Positions 27,160-40,319 of a stretch of 64,000 nt of DNA are shown here, in pieces. The notes under the pieces are model-generated. The model was not told the origin of the DNA. It searched no databases and saw only the letters and a list, made by a program, of their open reading frames with translations. The translations under genes were made by a program, and so were the position numbers. Each line of letters begins with the position of its first letter. The stretch's first letter is position 1. Source of the stretch: Ophelia neglecta (Eukaryota); assembly GCA_965285935.1 (NCBI GenBank), contig OZ260662.1, forward strand, positions 7,688,001-7,752,000. The letters are read 5' to 3'.

Positions 27160-27337
27160 CAGTGAAACCTGTCTTAGATACCACCTCTATATTCAGACCA
27201 CATGTCAATTCAGACCACTAGTATGAAAACCAAACTAGATACTTGCAATTTTAATTAATCTGTCTTAACAGACCACCTCTATAATCAGACCAGTTTTTTC
27301 CAGTCCCTTGGGTGGTCTTAATTCACAGGTTTCACTG
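27160..27337 (+). mobile_element. Tc1/pogo-type MITE
   Basis: CAGTGAAACCTGT...ACAGGTTTCACTG TIRs. Confidence 0.88.
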
Positions 27338-28837
27338 CATATATATATGACCATTGTCTCATCGCAGATGTCGTTTGGTGGTTTTTTTCCTTTTACAATT
27401 CAGAAAGAGCCACCTTAAGCCTGAAATTTGTGAATATTAATAAAGATCATTGAGAAATAATAAAATGTGAAAGGCTAAAATAGATATTGAAAAACAAAGC
27501 ATAAAAACGACGAAAAATTGCAGACATTCAGTGGTGAATGGCGAGTGTTATGGGGTATATCGTTCTTCTATTAATTACTTATCTGATCACATTTTTAAAT
27601 TAACACAGGCCTCTTTAGTGCGTCGATGCCAATGCGCGAGCAACAAAAGTCCGCAGAATTATTCCCGATTTATTTTGGTTCTCAACACCAGTTCTGTCAT
27701 ATACTCGCTTGTATCAAACCGCTTTTATTATCATTCAAAGATATTATTGAGATTTCCCACTCAGGCCTGCTCTTGGCTCTACCTCAATCTAGTCGTGTAC
27801 TGTCGGGCAAAAAGTTACTCCGCGAGATTTAATATCGTCCGTAGAATTTATCATCTATTTTTTGCAAATTTAGAATTTAAACGATAGCTTTGAACAACAG
27901 GAGAGTTTAACAGGAGTGGGATTGATAATGATGTAGAATTTATTCTTTTCTCGATATTGGTCGCCCGGGATTGAGCTTCAGGACACCTGGATAATATAGA
28001 TCGCGATCCAGACAACACGGTACGAATAGATTTTATATTAATATTTTAGGGTAACGTCAGAACAAGGAAATTATTGCCATAAATTTCTTATAACTTTAAT
28101 GAAATTATTAGTTTTGGGACAGTATATATCACCAGTGGACTCTTCAAATCAACTGTTATTTTACTTTATAGGCCTATATATATATATACACATATATATA
28201 GGACTGTCCCGACCTTAAATGTGTGGCAATTGTTAGTTAAATGTAACTGTGTTCAAAGCTTTAATTGATGTAAATAACTGATAGACAATAAATTTGTATT
28301 CGCTTTCGGATGTCCCAGGAGACGGCGGTAAATTTTAAATAGTTCGACCCAAACTGATCTAGGGGGCGACACCGGGGTCAGAAACCGTAGTTAATGATCT
28401 ACAAGATGTCAAACTGAGCTTCACAAAGGTGTAGGGTGCCTCAACCCCGCTGGGTGTGTGTGTGTGTGTGTGTGGAGGGGGGGGGGGGTCTTGGGGTTTG
28501 CGCCCGACTCCCTTATTTTGGGCCTATCCCATAGTCAGACCGCCCTGATTATTTTTTGGGGGAGGGGGTAGGCCCATCTTTAGCCTGCTCATGGAGAAGC
28601 TAATGGGGCCTATCCCACAGCCTGGCCAAGGAGGACCTTCCCTCTATTTGCGTCGAATATATTTACCCGCCTTCAATTTATTAGGTTTTTTTTTTATTTC
28701 CGTGACAGCATTGCGTTTATTAATAGAACTATGGATATTGTTAAATACGAACTATTTGCGAACGGAATTCTTATCGAATTTCACGAACAATTCTTGCGCA
28801 AGATGTAAATTCTGCATATTTAGCATAGAAAACCAAT

Positions 28838-29128
28838 TTATAGCTTCTCTCGGTACAAGAAAACCACTTTATAACTTCTCTCGGTACAAGAAAACCACTT
28901 TATAGCTCCTCTCGGTACAAGAAAACCACTTAATAGCTTCTCTCGGTACAAGAAAACCACTTTATAAGTTCTCTCGGTACAAGAAAACCACTTTATAAGT
29001 TCTCTCGGTACAAGAAAACCACGTTATAGCATCTCTCGGTACAAGAAAACCACTTAATAGCTTCTCTCGGTACAAGAAAACAACTTCATAACTTTTCTCG
29101 GTACAAGAAAACCACGTTATAGCTTCTG
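28838..29128. repeat. 31-bp minisatellite, ~9 copies
   Basis: Unit TTCTCTCGGTACAAGAAAACCACTTTATAGC. Confidence 0.96.
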
Positions 29129-29650
29129 TTAGAACCAGGAAATGACTTTATAGCTTTTAGAACCAGAAAACTACTGTCTTTCTTCTTTCAGAACCAGACT
29201 TTCATGTTATAAATTCGAGCGTCAGAGGAATAGATGTCATACAACGCTCTACAAATGAACCTACTGTAAACATGTCTCGTGCTACATCAATCAGTTGATG
29301 CCTCTTCACTTGCAAAATGTAAGTTATGTGAGAGCGGGTGTGTGTGTGTAGTGTTACCGATTTTTTTTTCCACTTAAGAGTAAATATGTCGTATTTTTTT
29401 CTTTAAGTATCACTATTAATGTAGAGGAAGATGATAAAGATTGAAGTATACGACTGAATACTTCGCACCTCCAGAAAGAGGGTCATTATGTCTAGTTCTA
29501 CATAGTATTTTAAATGTTTTTTTTTCAACTTAACTTTGCTTCAGTACATCAATTAGTCACGATAAATTTAGCTACAGTCAACCAGATATTTTGGGCGGCC
29601 ATATCATTTTGACGAGATTGGCTGGTGCATGCTGGGTGCCAAAGTTTATA

Positions 29651-29812
29651 CAGTGAAACCCGTATATTGAGACCACCTGTCAATTCCGACAACTAATATG
29701 AAGGCCATAGTGTAGACTGTCAATTAAAAAAAACCTGCTTAAACAGGTCACCTCTATAATCAGACCAGTATTTCTCAGTCCCTTGGGTGGTCTTAATTTG
29801 CAGGTTTTACTG
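29651..29812 (+). mobile_element. Tc1/pogo-type MITE
   Basis: TA-CAGTGAAACC...GGTTTTACTG-TA. Confidence 0.85.
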
Positions 29813-29887
29813 TATTTAAACCAATCAGTGCGACCCCTTCCAGTCTCTCCTGGACTGCTCTCAATTCCTGACACCAAAATATCTGTA

Positions 29888-30065
29888 CAGTTTAACCTGC
29901 CTCAAAGACCACCTCTATAATCAGACCACCTGCCAAATCAGACCACTGCTATGAAGAGCATGCTGTATACTTTCAATAATAAATTACCTGTCTCAACAGA
30001 CCACCTCTGAAATCAGACCAGTATTTTCCAGTCCCTTGAGTGGTCTTAATTCACAGGTTTCACTG
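29888..30065 (+). mobile_element. Tc1/pogo-type MITE
   Basis: TA-CAGTTTAACCTG...CAGGTTTCACTG-TA. Confidence 0.85.
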
Positions 30066-30165
30066 TATTTTTATTTCGCCCATATTTCTAGCCGCCAAAT
30101 TATTGTGGTTGTTAGTATTAAGAAGGTAATAAAGTTATCAGTGGGTTGTTATATCGCTGGCTGCT

Positions 30166-30265
30166 NNNNNNNNNNNNNNNNNNNNNNNNNNNNNNNNNNN
30201 NNNNNNNNNNNNNNNNNNNNNNNNNNNNNNNNNNNNNNNNNNNNNNNNNNNNNNNNNNNNNNNNN
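30166..30265. other. Assembly gap (100 N)
   Basis: Run of N. Confidence 0.99.
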
Positions 30266-30581
30266 CACCCAATGGCAACTCACAGAGAACACATTTTATT
30301 CATCCCAGGTCGTATGACCGATTTTGAAAATTGGACGAGGGACCCTTCTTTAAGTGAACGCAGGGGATCGTTAACGTTTTTTGCGACTATAATAATTCCC
30401 AGAAATTTATAAAAAACGAGACTTTTGCATGATGGTTTGTATACCGTGGAGTTAAAATCACACCGTGTGATGTCCTGCCGAACCTCCATCCCAACCACAG
30501 ATGTAACAGGCATGGTAGGCCTCTGACAGAACCCCCCCCCCCCTCCCCCCCTCCCCCCCCCACTCCTCCTCCCCCCCCCCC

Positions 30582-30858
30582 NNNNNNNNNNNNNNNNNNN
30601 NNNNNNNNNNNNNNNNNNNNNNNNNNNNNNNNNNNNNNNNNNNNNNNNNNNNNNNNNNNNNNNNNNNNNNNNNNNNNNNNNNNNNNNNNNNNNNNNNNNN
30701 NNNNNNNNNNNNNNNNNNNNNNNNNNNNNNNNNNNNNNNNNNNNNNNNNNNNNNNNNNNNNNNNNNNNNNNNNNNNNNNNNNNNNNNNNNNNNNNNNNNN
30801 NNNNNNNNNNNNNNNNNNNNNNNNNNNNNNNNNNNNNNNNNNNNNNNNNNNNNNNNNN
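30582..30858. other. Assembly gap next to a poly-C tract
   Basis: Run of N. Confidence 0.99.
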
Positions 30859-30908
30859 AACCTTACCCCAACACGGAAATCACCCGGTCTTGAAACACTA
30901 TACATGTA

Positions 30909-31077
30909 CAGTGAATTGAGACCAACCAAGGGACTGTAAAATATTGGTCTGATTATGGAGGTGGTCTGATTAGACAGTTTATTTCACATTGAAAGTACAC
31001 AGTAGGGCCTTCATATAAGTGGTCTGAATATGAAGGTGGTCTGAATAGAGAGGTGGTCTTTAGGGCAGGTTTCACTA
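30909..31077 (-). mobile_element. Tc1/pogo-type MITE
   Basis: CAGTGAA...CAGGTTTCACTA; same internal repeats in reverse orientation. Confidence 0.82.
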
Positions 31078-34000
31078 TAGCATTTTAAGTCTGCCAGTCT
31101 ATTAATTCTTGTATATTACAGGTCCGTTCTCGAAATGCGATCGTGGGACCGGATCCTAATAACTATATTGAGTTTGGAGTCCAGCGGACTTTACACCCGG
31201 AGGGGTGGGTGGGGGGGGCAGATACACCGACTCTTCGTGATGAAGGCCTTCCCAAGATTTAGAGAGGATGCAATTACTGGGGCAGATAAAATCGATTTAA
31301 TACCCGTTATTTTATGCCTGCACTTCACCTGATAAACAGGAGAAAGGCACCGGAAGGTTTAGGTAAATGATTTAATACGCAAACAAAAGACGACTGGAAA
31401 ATCGTTCTTCTGAAACTTTCATAAAAGCAAGAACACTGTTTGCGCATTCGCGTGAGTATACTTCCTTTGGAGTGTACCACGACTCCAGTTCCTCGATTCA
31501 ATGGAAAACACTATGATAATTATCAAGTTTACATGCAGTCGATCGGAACTAGATGAGGGGTTTGCAGGCAGACTGTGTTTGGAATATCCATTGGGCGATT
31601 TTAAGGGGTATTACGTATTGTTCTGATATTAGCACCGGCTCGTGAGGCAGGGGTGTGGTTTGGTGGGGTGAAGGTCAAGGGGGTCGAGAGTCGATTGGGC
31701 ACATTACAGGATCTTTAAAAAACACACGAGGTTTTATAAAAATATCTAAAATAAGTCCACTTCTTTCCGATTTCAGGAACCCTGGGAGGTGGAGAAGGAC
31801 GCCCGCATAGAAAAGTCAAGCCCCGGTCGATAATAGAGATATTTCTGCTGTCACGTCTGTCCTATGTCTAGAGATATAAGACATACTGGCTGGTTTTAAC
31901 CTGCTAGTTAATGTGCTGTGATTGGCTGGGGCAAGGACTTAGGACTGCGAATTAATGACCTTCACCACCTAGGACGCAGGGCACCCCAAATATGGCAACT
32001 AGACCGGCGGCTGAGATCGAGGCTGGCGGCTATAAAGCACCGTGTATAGGGTATAATTAGGCTATATTCTCACGTCAACATGGCAACTATTACATTCTAG
32101 GCGAGTGTGCATATTTCACCAGAAAATGGAGGCCTCCCTTCCATAAGATTCTACAGGCCTCCACACTGCGTTACATGCTAAAGCTAACATCGATTTCTTG
32201 AATATCCTTAACGGCCAGCCTCGACACGGCCTAAGTGGAGTCCAGCCTCGAGCGCCGAATCCACTCACATGCGATGTTACCAAACTTTCCTGAAATGTGA
32301 TATTTTCTATCGATTCTGGCCGTGTAGCAGTCGTGCTCTCGCTCATAAAACAATCTGCTACAGACTGCCCGCCCCGAGCAGCATTGCTGTATTTCCGAAA
32401 AACCCAGACTCGTGGTGTCGGCAAGCTAATTATTAACGTGATTAATTGACACTTTTCGTTTAAAATACAATGTTTGCGTGTCTAAAAGCATTAGCAACAA
32501 CCATTATACATATTTATAGATTCACATTGCGTCGCTCGTGGTCCCATCGGCTCGGCGCTTTCAGTTTTCATGTTCATGAATACATTAGCCTCCTGAGAGT
32601 GGGTCTGTTCAGAATGCTGCCGATACTGTCGAAGAACCCTGCGTCTCCTTACAAATGGTATTCTGTTCTGTTTCGAGATGTGTCGGCCATTTTAGACACT
32701 GCGCGTAGGTTAAGATATTGATGCTGGGGAGGGGGCTTACTTTACGAGTAAGTGTGGAGGCTGTACGGGTAATAGGCGGTCGATATCTGGTCTACAAGGG
32801 CATGGCGGGTGCATGGTTCTCCTCTAGGGTTCTCCGGCCGCTATAGGCGGCTTGTCATCTCTATGGACGAGTGGTTTTAACGGGTTCTCTTGGAAACGGA
32901 AAAGGTACCAGTGTCTATAGTAAGGAGGAGGGGTGGGCGAGGTTCAGAGAGGGGAGAGGCTCAAGTCAAGTCAAGGAAGGGGGAGGGGGGGGGGGGCAGG
33001 TGGGTGGAGTGGACAGTGTCCAGTCGGAGGGGAGGTTGTCTATGAAGGCGACGGGAGGCGGGTAGGGTTGCGTCCAATGATGAAAAGTGGAAGGATCCAT
33101 CAGGGCGAGAAGTGATGAAGAAAGCTGTGGGGGTGGGGGTGGGAGTCGGACGAGATGAGGGTGTCAACTTCTAGGAGAGGGGGAGGGGTTATGTAGGAAC
33201 GGGAGAGAGCAGGGTCCAGTTGCAGCTGTTGGTCAGCAAGCGCTCGGGCCACAGTAAGCTTTTTTTTTACACATAAGCTTTATAGGGTTGGAAAACTCGT
33301 TTTGGACAGGTGGCGCCACCCTATAACCTATTCCATTACCTTAACGGGAGGGGGGAAGGAGGGGGGTACCTTCTATATTTTAGGGTGAGGTTCTCCTCGC
33401 AGCTTTTACACGGGGGTCTTTATGATAGAAAATCCTCAAAAAACGTACCCAATTGATAGTAGTTGTTCAAAAAAATACCCTTTTGAAAAAAATCATCCAT
33501 AAGCTACCCCCTTTCGCGATGTCAATGTGAAAATTAGTGTTTATGATAGGCATACAAATGTGATGACAGATATGGGCCATGTCGTCTCCGTCAAGACTTG
33601 CGTTATGATCCAGACCAGAGATCTGAGCCGTCACTAACGAGATGGTGTTAAGTCGACCTTCTTACGACGGCACCGTGAGCAAGGACTGGGCGTTAATAGG
33701 TGATAATGATGGTCAGTTCATTGTCCTAAGTGGATCGACACCAGCTGTGGGTTGTCTACAGTCACCGGTTATGTTAATAATTAAATGTGGGGCAGGTAAT
33801 GAATTGTTCTATTAGGCCTAAATAAACAACTGTGTCACCCGTATTACCGGAGAATAACTATGTACGCCACCCCCTTCCCCCTCCGTCTCTACAAGCCTCT
33901 TCTATCCCCTCTCCCCCCCTCCTTTACCCCATCCTCCTACAGTATCCCGTGTCAATAGCTCCCTCTACCCCCCCCCTTTTTGATAACCACCCCCGTCCAT

Positions 34001-36443
34001 CCCCTCACCCCATATTCCATGGCCACAGCCCGTCCAGCTTCAGCCCCCTCTCCAACCCCGTTCCGAGCCCCCCCCCCCCCACTCCTCCGTCCCCATCCAG
34101 CTGCAGACCCCCCTACCCCCTACCCCCCCTACCCCCCCCTTATTTACTAACGTCGGTTCCCAGGGTTTAGGTCCATTACGACCCATTCGTCTGTTCACGT
34201 CGTCCTGACATGTGAATTGAACCCAGACGACGCCATTCATTGGCCGTTGGCCTTATCGGTGTAACTCGAGACGGGGCTCGGAATCAGCATATCTAGTTTC
34301 GCGTGCCAGAAACTCGGGTCATTTGGCGGACACCTGCCTCTCGCAAACTCTCGGTGAACTCTCGAGGTAATCTCGCAAGGGGCTCATGCGGGCATATTAT
34401 AAGCTCTCCCACGCCCAGCCTGATTATATATTGTACCATTAGATAGGCCTACTGAACAGAAACAATTCAGAGCATTTTTCTACATTTATTTCTGAGGTTG
34501 TACCCATAAAAAATCATCTGATTTGCAAGAAGACTAGTGCATGCTCGAAATATATATTAATTCATTAGCTATACAAGATGCTAGGCCGACAGGTGGCGTG
34601 CCTGTCAAACCTCGACTAAGAAACTCGAGACTTTGTTTTATTCATCTCACAAACTGGGTACAACACGCCCAAGTGAAGATTAGACACTTCAAAGCATCGG
34701 TTGTAAGAAAATGGCGGGAATCGGGCGGAGCAGACGACCGATCTGTCACTACGGCAACCGGACCACAGCTGACTATAACGTTAGCCCGTGTATCAGGGTG
34801 ACAAGTTCACACGTCTGAAGGCACACACGTGGTCCCTCAGGACGCCAGCGCTGGACAGTGTCCAGTACGTATGGAACACAATTCTAACATAACTGTGAAA
34901 GGTCACACACAAGATTCAAACGCAATGGAATTGAATGGAATATGTACAAAACAAATAGCCTATCATTTCTCCCATATAGACCCCATCAAATACACAAATA
35001 AACGTTAAAATGGACACCAAACAGGCTCAAGTAACCAAATAGAAATTATATGCATATTAAAAGAGACTCAAAGAGACCCTCCCCCCTCCCCGCCCCTACC
35101 GCTGAAAGTGAATATAAGCCAACATAAACCTACTTAGGCTTATAGCTGGCATGAGCCTTATAACGGCTCGAAATGGTTGAAACAAAACCTGCCTCTAGCC
35201 ACACTCTCTAATACAGAGAGGGTTTTGTGAAAACCCCTTTTTCGAACCCAAATAAGCATGCACATTAAAAAAGGTGAACACTTACACCCCACATCCATCA
35301 CAATTCGATTTTTTTCATTCAGACAAAAATCGTACATTCTGAAATCTCAATATATCATCACTTCTCAAAAATATCAGAGCTGAAATAGGCCTAGGCCCTT
35401 TATCAAATCTATTCGTAAACAGGTTCCGCGCCCAAATAATCCATCGTTCGATAAACCTCTATCTAAAACTGAAATAAGCATTCGTTAGACTTTCATTGGA
35501 ACCCAATCAACTTCCTTTCAGCCTCCAGTCGGATTCATATAAACCTCAGATAGCCCACGGGAGAGCGGTTAGTGGTGGCTTGTGGCTGGAAACCACCTCC
35601 CCAGGCGGACATCGATCACGTACACCATGCCAAAGAGTACGAACCATTTATACTAACGGCCTCTGACTAAAACCGATGGAAACTCACTCTGATCGTGTTG
35701 AGGGCCTCCAACCGGACATTTATTAAATCAATGCCTATGAGGTTTATATTTTAATATGTAAATTCGCTAATGTCGTTTGCTAACGAAACCATGGTTCATT
35801 AAAATAGCTGCGGTGAAAACTTTCGCCTGTTATTGTGATTCATAATTTGGGATGGCTTAACGTTCAGGCCTATGTTTTAGTACAGAAGACAATCTAGGCG
35901 TATGTATTGGTGTACGTCTTGTAGTACACACGACGAGCTCACTGCTGGATGCTCAAATGTATCACTGAATATACCGTGTTCATTTTCCTTCCAATGTAAC
36001 TATATTAAATTTCTCGCTATGAGGCGCAGTGCCGAGTTATCATTATTTACGTCTGGAGATATTAATTTGTAATCTACTATCCACTGATGTCTTCACTCAA
36101 TTGAGGACTTTTCGTAAACACCCTGTCTTCTATATAATATAGACAAAAGGATAATCTACCGTGCTTACATGCTTATTCATCTGCCCTCTGGGAAACCCTA
36201 ATAAAGCTAATTTATTGTTGATTATTGACTCCAGATCTCTGACTTGGTGGAATGTCCATCGTTCTTATCCACAAACATTATAGCTCAATCGATATTATCT
36301 TAACGACCAGCATCTGACCGGTTACCCTGGCAACCATGGCCAATATATCACCGCGGTAACCCCTGGCTGATAGATCACCAGCCATCGGGCTCTTAACTGC
36401 CGCCGACAGAGTTTGGCAATGATATATTAGAATGTTTTATATA

Positions 36444-36600
36444 CAGTGAAACCTGCGAATTGAGGCCACCCATGAGACTGACAAATGGTGCTCTGATTAT
36501 GGAGGAGGTCTGTTTCGACAGGTCATTTTTACATGGAAAGTAAATATTATTCTCTTCATAAAAGTGCTCCGAATAGGCAGGTCGTCTGCAGGTTTCACTG
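36444..36600 (-). mobile_element. Tc1/pogo-type MITE
   Basis: TA-CAGTGAAACCTGC...GCAGGTTTCACTG-TA. Confidence 0.85.
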
Positions 36601-36704
36601 TACAAGATATTAACTGGCTTGATACAGAATACGAAAAGAAAGGTTATCAGATTAATGTGGTCGTGCTCCACCAGTTAATGTGTGTCTGTTAGTAGCGCAC
36701 CATA

Positions 36705-36872
36705 AAGTGAAGCCTGCCTTAAAGACCACCTCTATATTCAGACCACCTGTCAATTAAGACCACTCATCAGAAGACCATACTGAATCCTTCAAATGTAAAA
36801 TAACCTGTCTAAACAGACCACCTCCATATTCAAACCAGTCCCTTGGGTGGTCTCAATTTACAGGTTTCACTG
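36705..36872 (+). mobile_element. Tc1/pogo-type MITE
   Basis: AAGTGAAGCCTG...CAGGTTTCACTG-TA with AGACCACCT repeats. Confidence 0.83.
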
Positions 36873-37134
36873 TACATGTCTTTTAAGTATCCAGATTGGG
36901 TTTGTATGAACGTGTAAATTGGTGAGTGTGTGTTTTATTTATTTTCCCACCTACATGTAGCTTGTTATTTTTAGCTGACGAAAACCACAGTCCTTACCAA
37001 TTTTAGCCTCGTGAGAGGGTAGCTGGTAGGTCAGAACCCGTCTTCTTCCAACAAATTGTTCCAGCCAGACTCCCGAAGGCGGGTCCGGCGTCCATAGGCC
37101 CGAGACCGCCTGCATTTGGGAGAAAACACTCGGC

Positions 37135-37395
37135 GCACACCCTCTCGTAGGCCCAAGACCACCTCTGGGAGGAAAAAAACCCATCACGCACCCTTCTTTA
37201 GGCCATACAACCGCTCTAGGAGGGGACACCCGTCACACACCTTCTCTTATAGGCCCCAGACCCTCTCTAGGAGGGGGACACCATCACACACCCTCTCTTA
37301 GACCCTAGACCCCGCTGAGGAGTGGGATACCCCTCACACTCCCTTGCTTATGCCCCAGACCCCCTCTGGAAGGGGTAAATCTGTCACACACCCTG
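37135..37395. repeat. Degenerate ~50-bp tandem repeat
   Basis: Recurrent CACACCCTCTCTTAGGCCCCAGACCCCCTCT(A)GGAGGGG motif. Confidence 0.7.
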
Positions 37396-40091
37396 GTGTA
37401 AAAATGAACACGGTTTTCCATATACCTACCACCACCTCGACTTATACCACACGCGTGTGTGAACAATATTAACCTTATTTAAGTTATCGTCTGCGGTGAT
37501 AACTCATCAGGTTCGTGATACGGTTGATAGTTTTATAACCTCTGTCCCTCCTTTTGTGGGTTAATCCATCGTAATTTGACTCGTGACAAGATAAAGCCTA
37601 CGTGATAGTCAATAAAACTGCCATCTCGTTATATATTGTATCAAATCAAACGCTAAGGTTTCACACAGGTTTGGTAATAAATATCAACTGTACCTGTTGT
37701 AAATTGTCACTTTTTTTGCGTAAAATTTAGTGACTTGGCGAAAAATTGTTAAACCAAATTGACATTTTGTCACTGCATGTCACTTCATCCACCCCCAACC
37801 CCCAACCCCCCCGTCCAACCCCCCCCCCCCCCCCCCCCTCCCATCCACCCAGAGGACACCCACCGTTATGAACGCAGCTTTCCTCCATGAAGACCAAGAG
37901 CCAGTGTCAAAAACCGACACTTTCTTTGAGGAAGTTGGACGGACTGAATAACAAAGAACCCAGAAACAAGAACTGTATACCTGCAAGCAGAACTAGCCGG
38001 ATACAAGTTGTATACATCTCTCAAAGCTGTCCAACCAATCGACAAGTAATTATTGAAACAGCTATCGGCCGACATGCCGAGATAACCTCAGGCTGGTCAC
38101 CCCGATTTTCGAAACGGGACAGTTTGTTTTAAACCGTCCGACAGAGCAAAGCACTTTCAAAAACCGAGGCGGCCTAATTCTCAGGGATTTAACGGCATGG
38201 GGACTCGACGGACATCATAATTACCGTCCCTATGGACTTATTTCTTCAGGTTTTATTGTAATTTTTTCCTGGATTATTTAATTAGATATAGAAGCAATTA
38301 TTAGAGACTTTTACTTGACATACTTGATTCATTTACCACAGTTAAATGTCTATGTAAATGTTGTACTAGGTTTTTTAAAAAGTAGGTACGGCAGTCAGTG
38401 CAGCGTTACAAAGCGGCTAGGTTTGAAACGAAAAAACAGTAACGATGTAGTTTCCGAGTTTTCTTACCATCAAAGGGCTAAACTATTACTTCCACCAGGC
38501 GATATGTCGTGAACATACATCAGGCCGAACTGCCATGAGTTTGCTTTTGTTAAATTGTGTTCATGCATGGTGTTCTCGTGTTCCTAAAGTTTATCAGCAG
38601 TTTCTTTTAGTTTTTCTTATTCACAGACCGGTACTTTTCTCACAGGTGCTTGAATTTCTCACGAATTAACAATATATTTCAGACACACGTTCACACACAA
38701 ACACACACACTGGCTTTATATACGCACCAGGCTGGCGGTAATAATTATATACCTATACAGACAGTGTATACTGTGTGTATATAGTGCATGTATAACTGTA
38801 ATACTGTTGTATAATTAAATTTGTGAGAAACTCAAGCTCCTGTAATATTTCTGCCTCAGGGAGGATATTAAAGACGAAGGGCCGACGATGTGTTATAGGA
38901 AAAGGGGTCAAAATAAGAAATGTTTTGGCTGTCCGGGACCCTCCTCGTAGAAGCAACACCTCTCATGTTTCACCCGTAAAATCATTGATCTTATTTAAAT
39001 TTGCTACGTGCAAAATTAATAGATACAATTAATACGACATGACTAATTATTCTCCTATTCTTTGTAAGAAGATAGACGACCACTCGGTATGTCGAAATCT
39101 TTGTAGCAACGGGCAGCGCATAGCCAAACTTAATTAACAAATGAGTAATTAACAATTAAATCAGTTCTTCTTAAATTGAAAGCATGAAAAGTAACCATTG
39201 GTTTTGCTGATAATGACCAGAGAAATTATAATAGCCAATTTAACAATTAATACAAAGCATGTTTTTATTGGATTGATCTGTTGTTTCAATGTATGAATTT
39301 AGATTAACTTATAACTCACTTTTTTTTCTGTATATAAGTTGCACAATTTGATCAAAGTTAAAATATGTAGGAAATACTCTCCTAGGAGTAATTAAAGATA
39401 TCAGATCGAACTGGGCTGTCTGCCAAGCCTCTCCGTCCTCTCATTTTAATGCTTTATTAATTAATAATTATTATATTATTTGTGCTAAGCTAATTATTAC
39501 GGCCGAGTGCTCATCGAACGAAGTCATAGACACAAAATAATAGAGATGAGATTAGACTAGCCCCGTAGGTATAACAAGGAATAAGAATGAGTTCGACTGA
39601 ACGAGAGAAATCAGGGCGAGTCGTCCAAGCGGAAATGAACCTGGCGGGACAACAGCACAATTAATGTAATCCTGAATTAGATTATTAATAATGATCTACT
39701 CGTAATTAGACAGTAATTGGATAATTTAGGGATCGGTAATCAAAGGACACGCGGACTTAAGTAATTAATTGGGCATTTCCGTGTAAACGTCCTATTTCTA
39801 TATCAGATAAAGAATATTTCGCTTGACTATTCAGAATTTCTGTTTATTATTTGATAAAAGCAAAAAAAAAAAGATTATTGTGCACACAAAAAAGAAGACT
39901 AATTAATTTTGGCTAGATTCGAGCGCAAGGCACAAATTAAACTCCGGGAGAAGTCATCACCTATAGGTAGGTGTTCACGGTTTTACCTCAATTAATTAAA
40001 GTTATTTTGATGATTTTTCGATTTTAACTACAGTGTGGACATTTATATATTACACCTGGTCCATCTTTGTTTATTGATTTTGAATCTACAG

Positions 40092-40319
40092 GGCCCCGGT
40101 ATCTAGAAGAGGTTTTAACCCTTAACGTGGATTAAAATCAGGATTAAAGTGCTTAATCGGTCTTAACTTAGTAATCGTGGTTTGTGGCAGCTGGACATGG
40201 TCTTAAACTTAGCCATTTTGGTCTTAAACTTAATCCTGGTCAATGGAAACACCCTTAACTCGGTCTCAGCTAACCGGTGATAGGCTAATCTAATATACCT
40301 AAACTTTAACAACCGGGCC
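40092..40319. mobile_element. PIF/Harbinger-like MITE
   Basis: GGCCCCGGT...AACCGGGCC termini with 3-bp TSD CAG (40089-91 / 40320-22); internal GGTCTTAA repeats; homologous in reverse orientation to 55913-56107. Confidence 0.72.
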
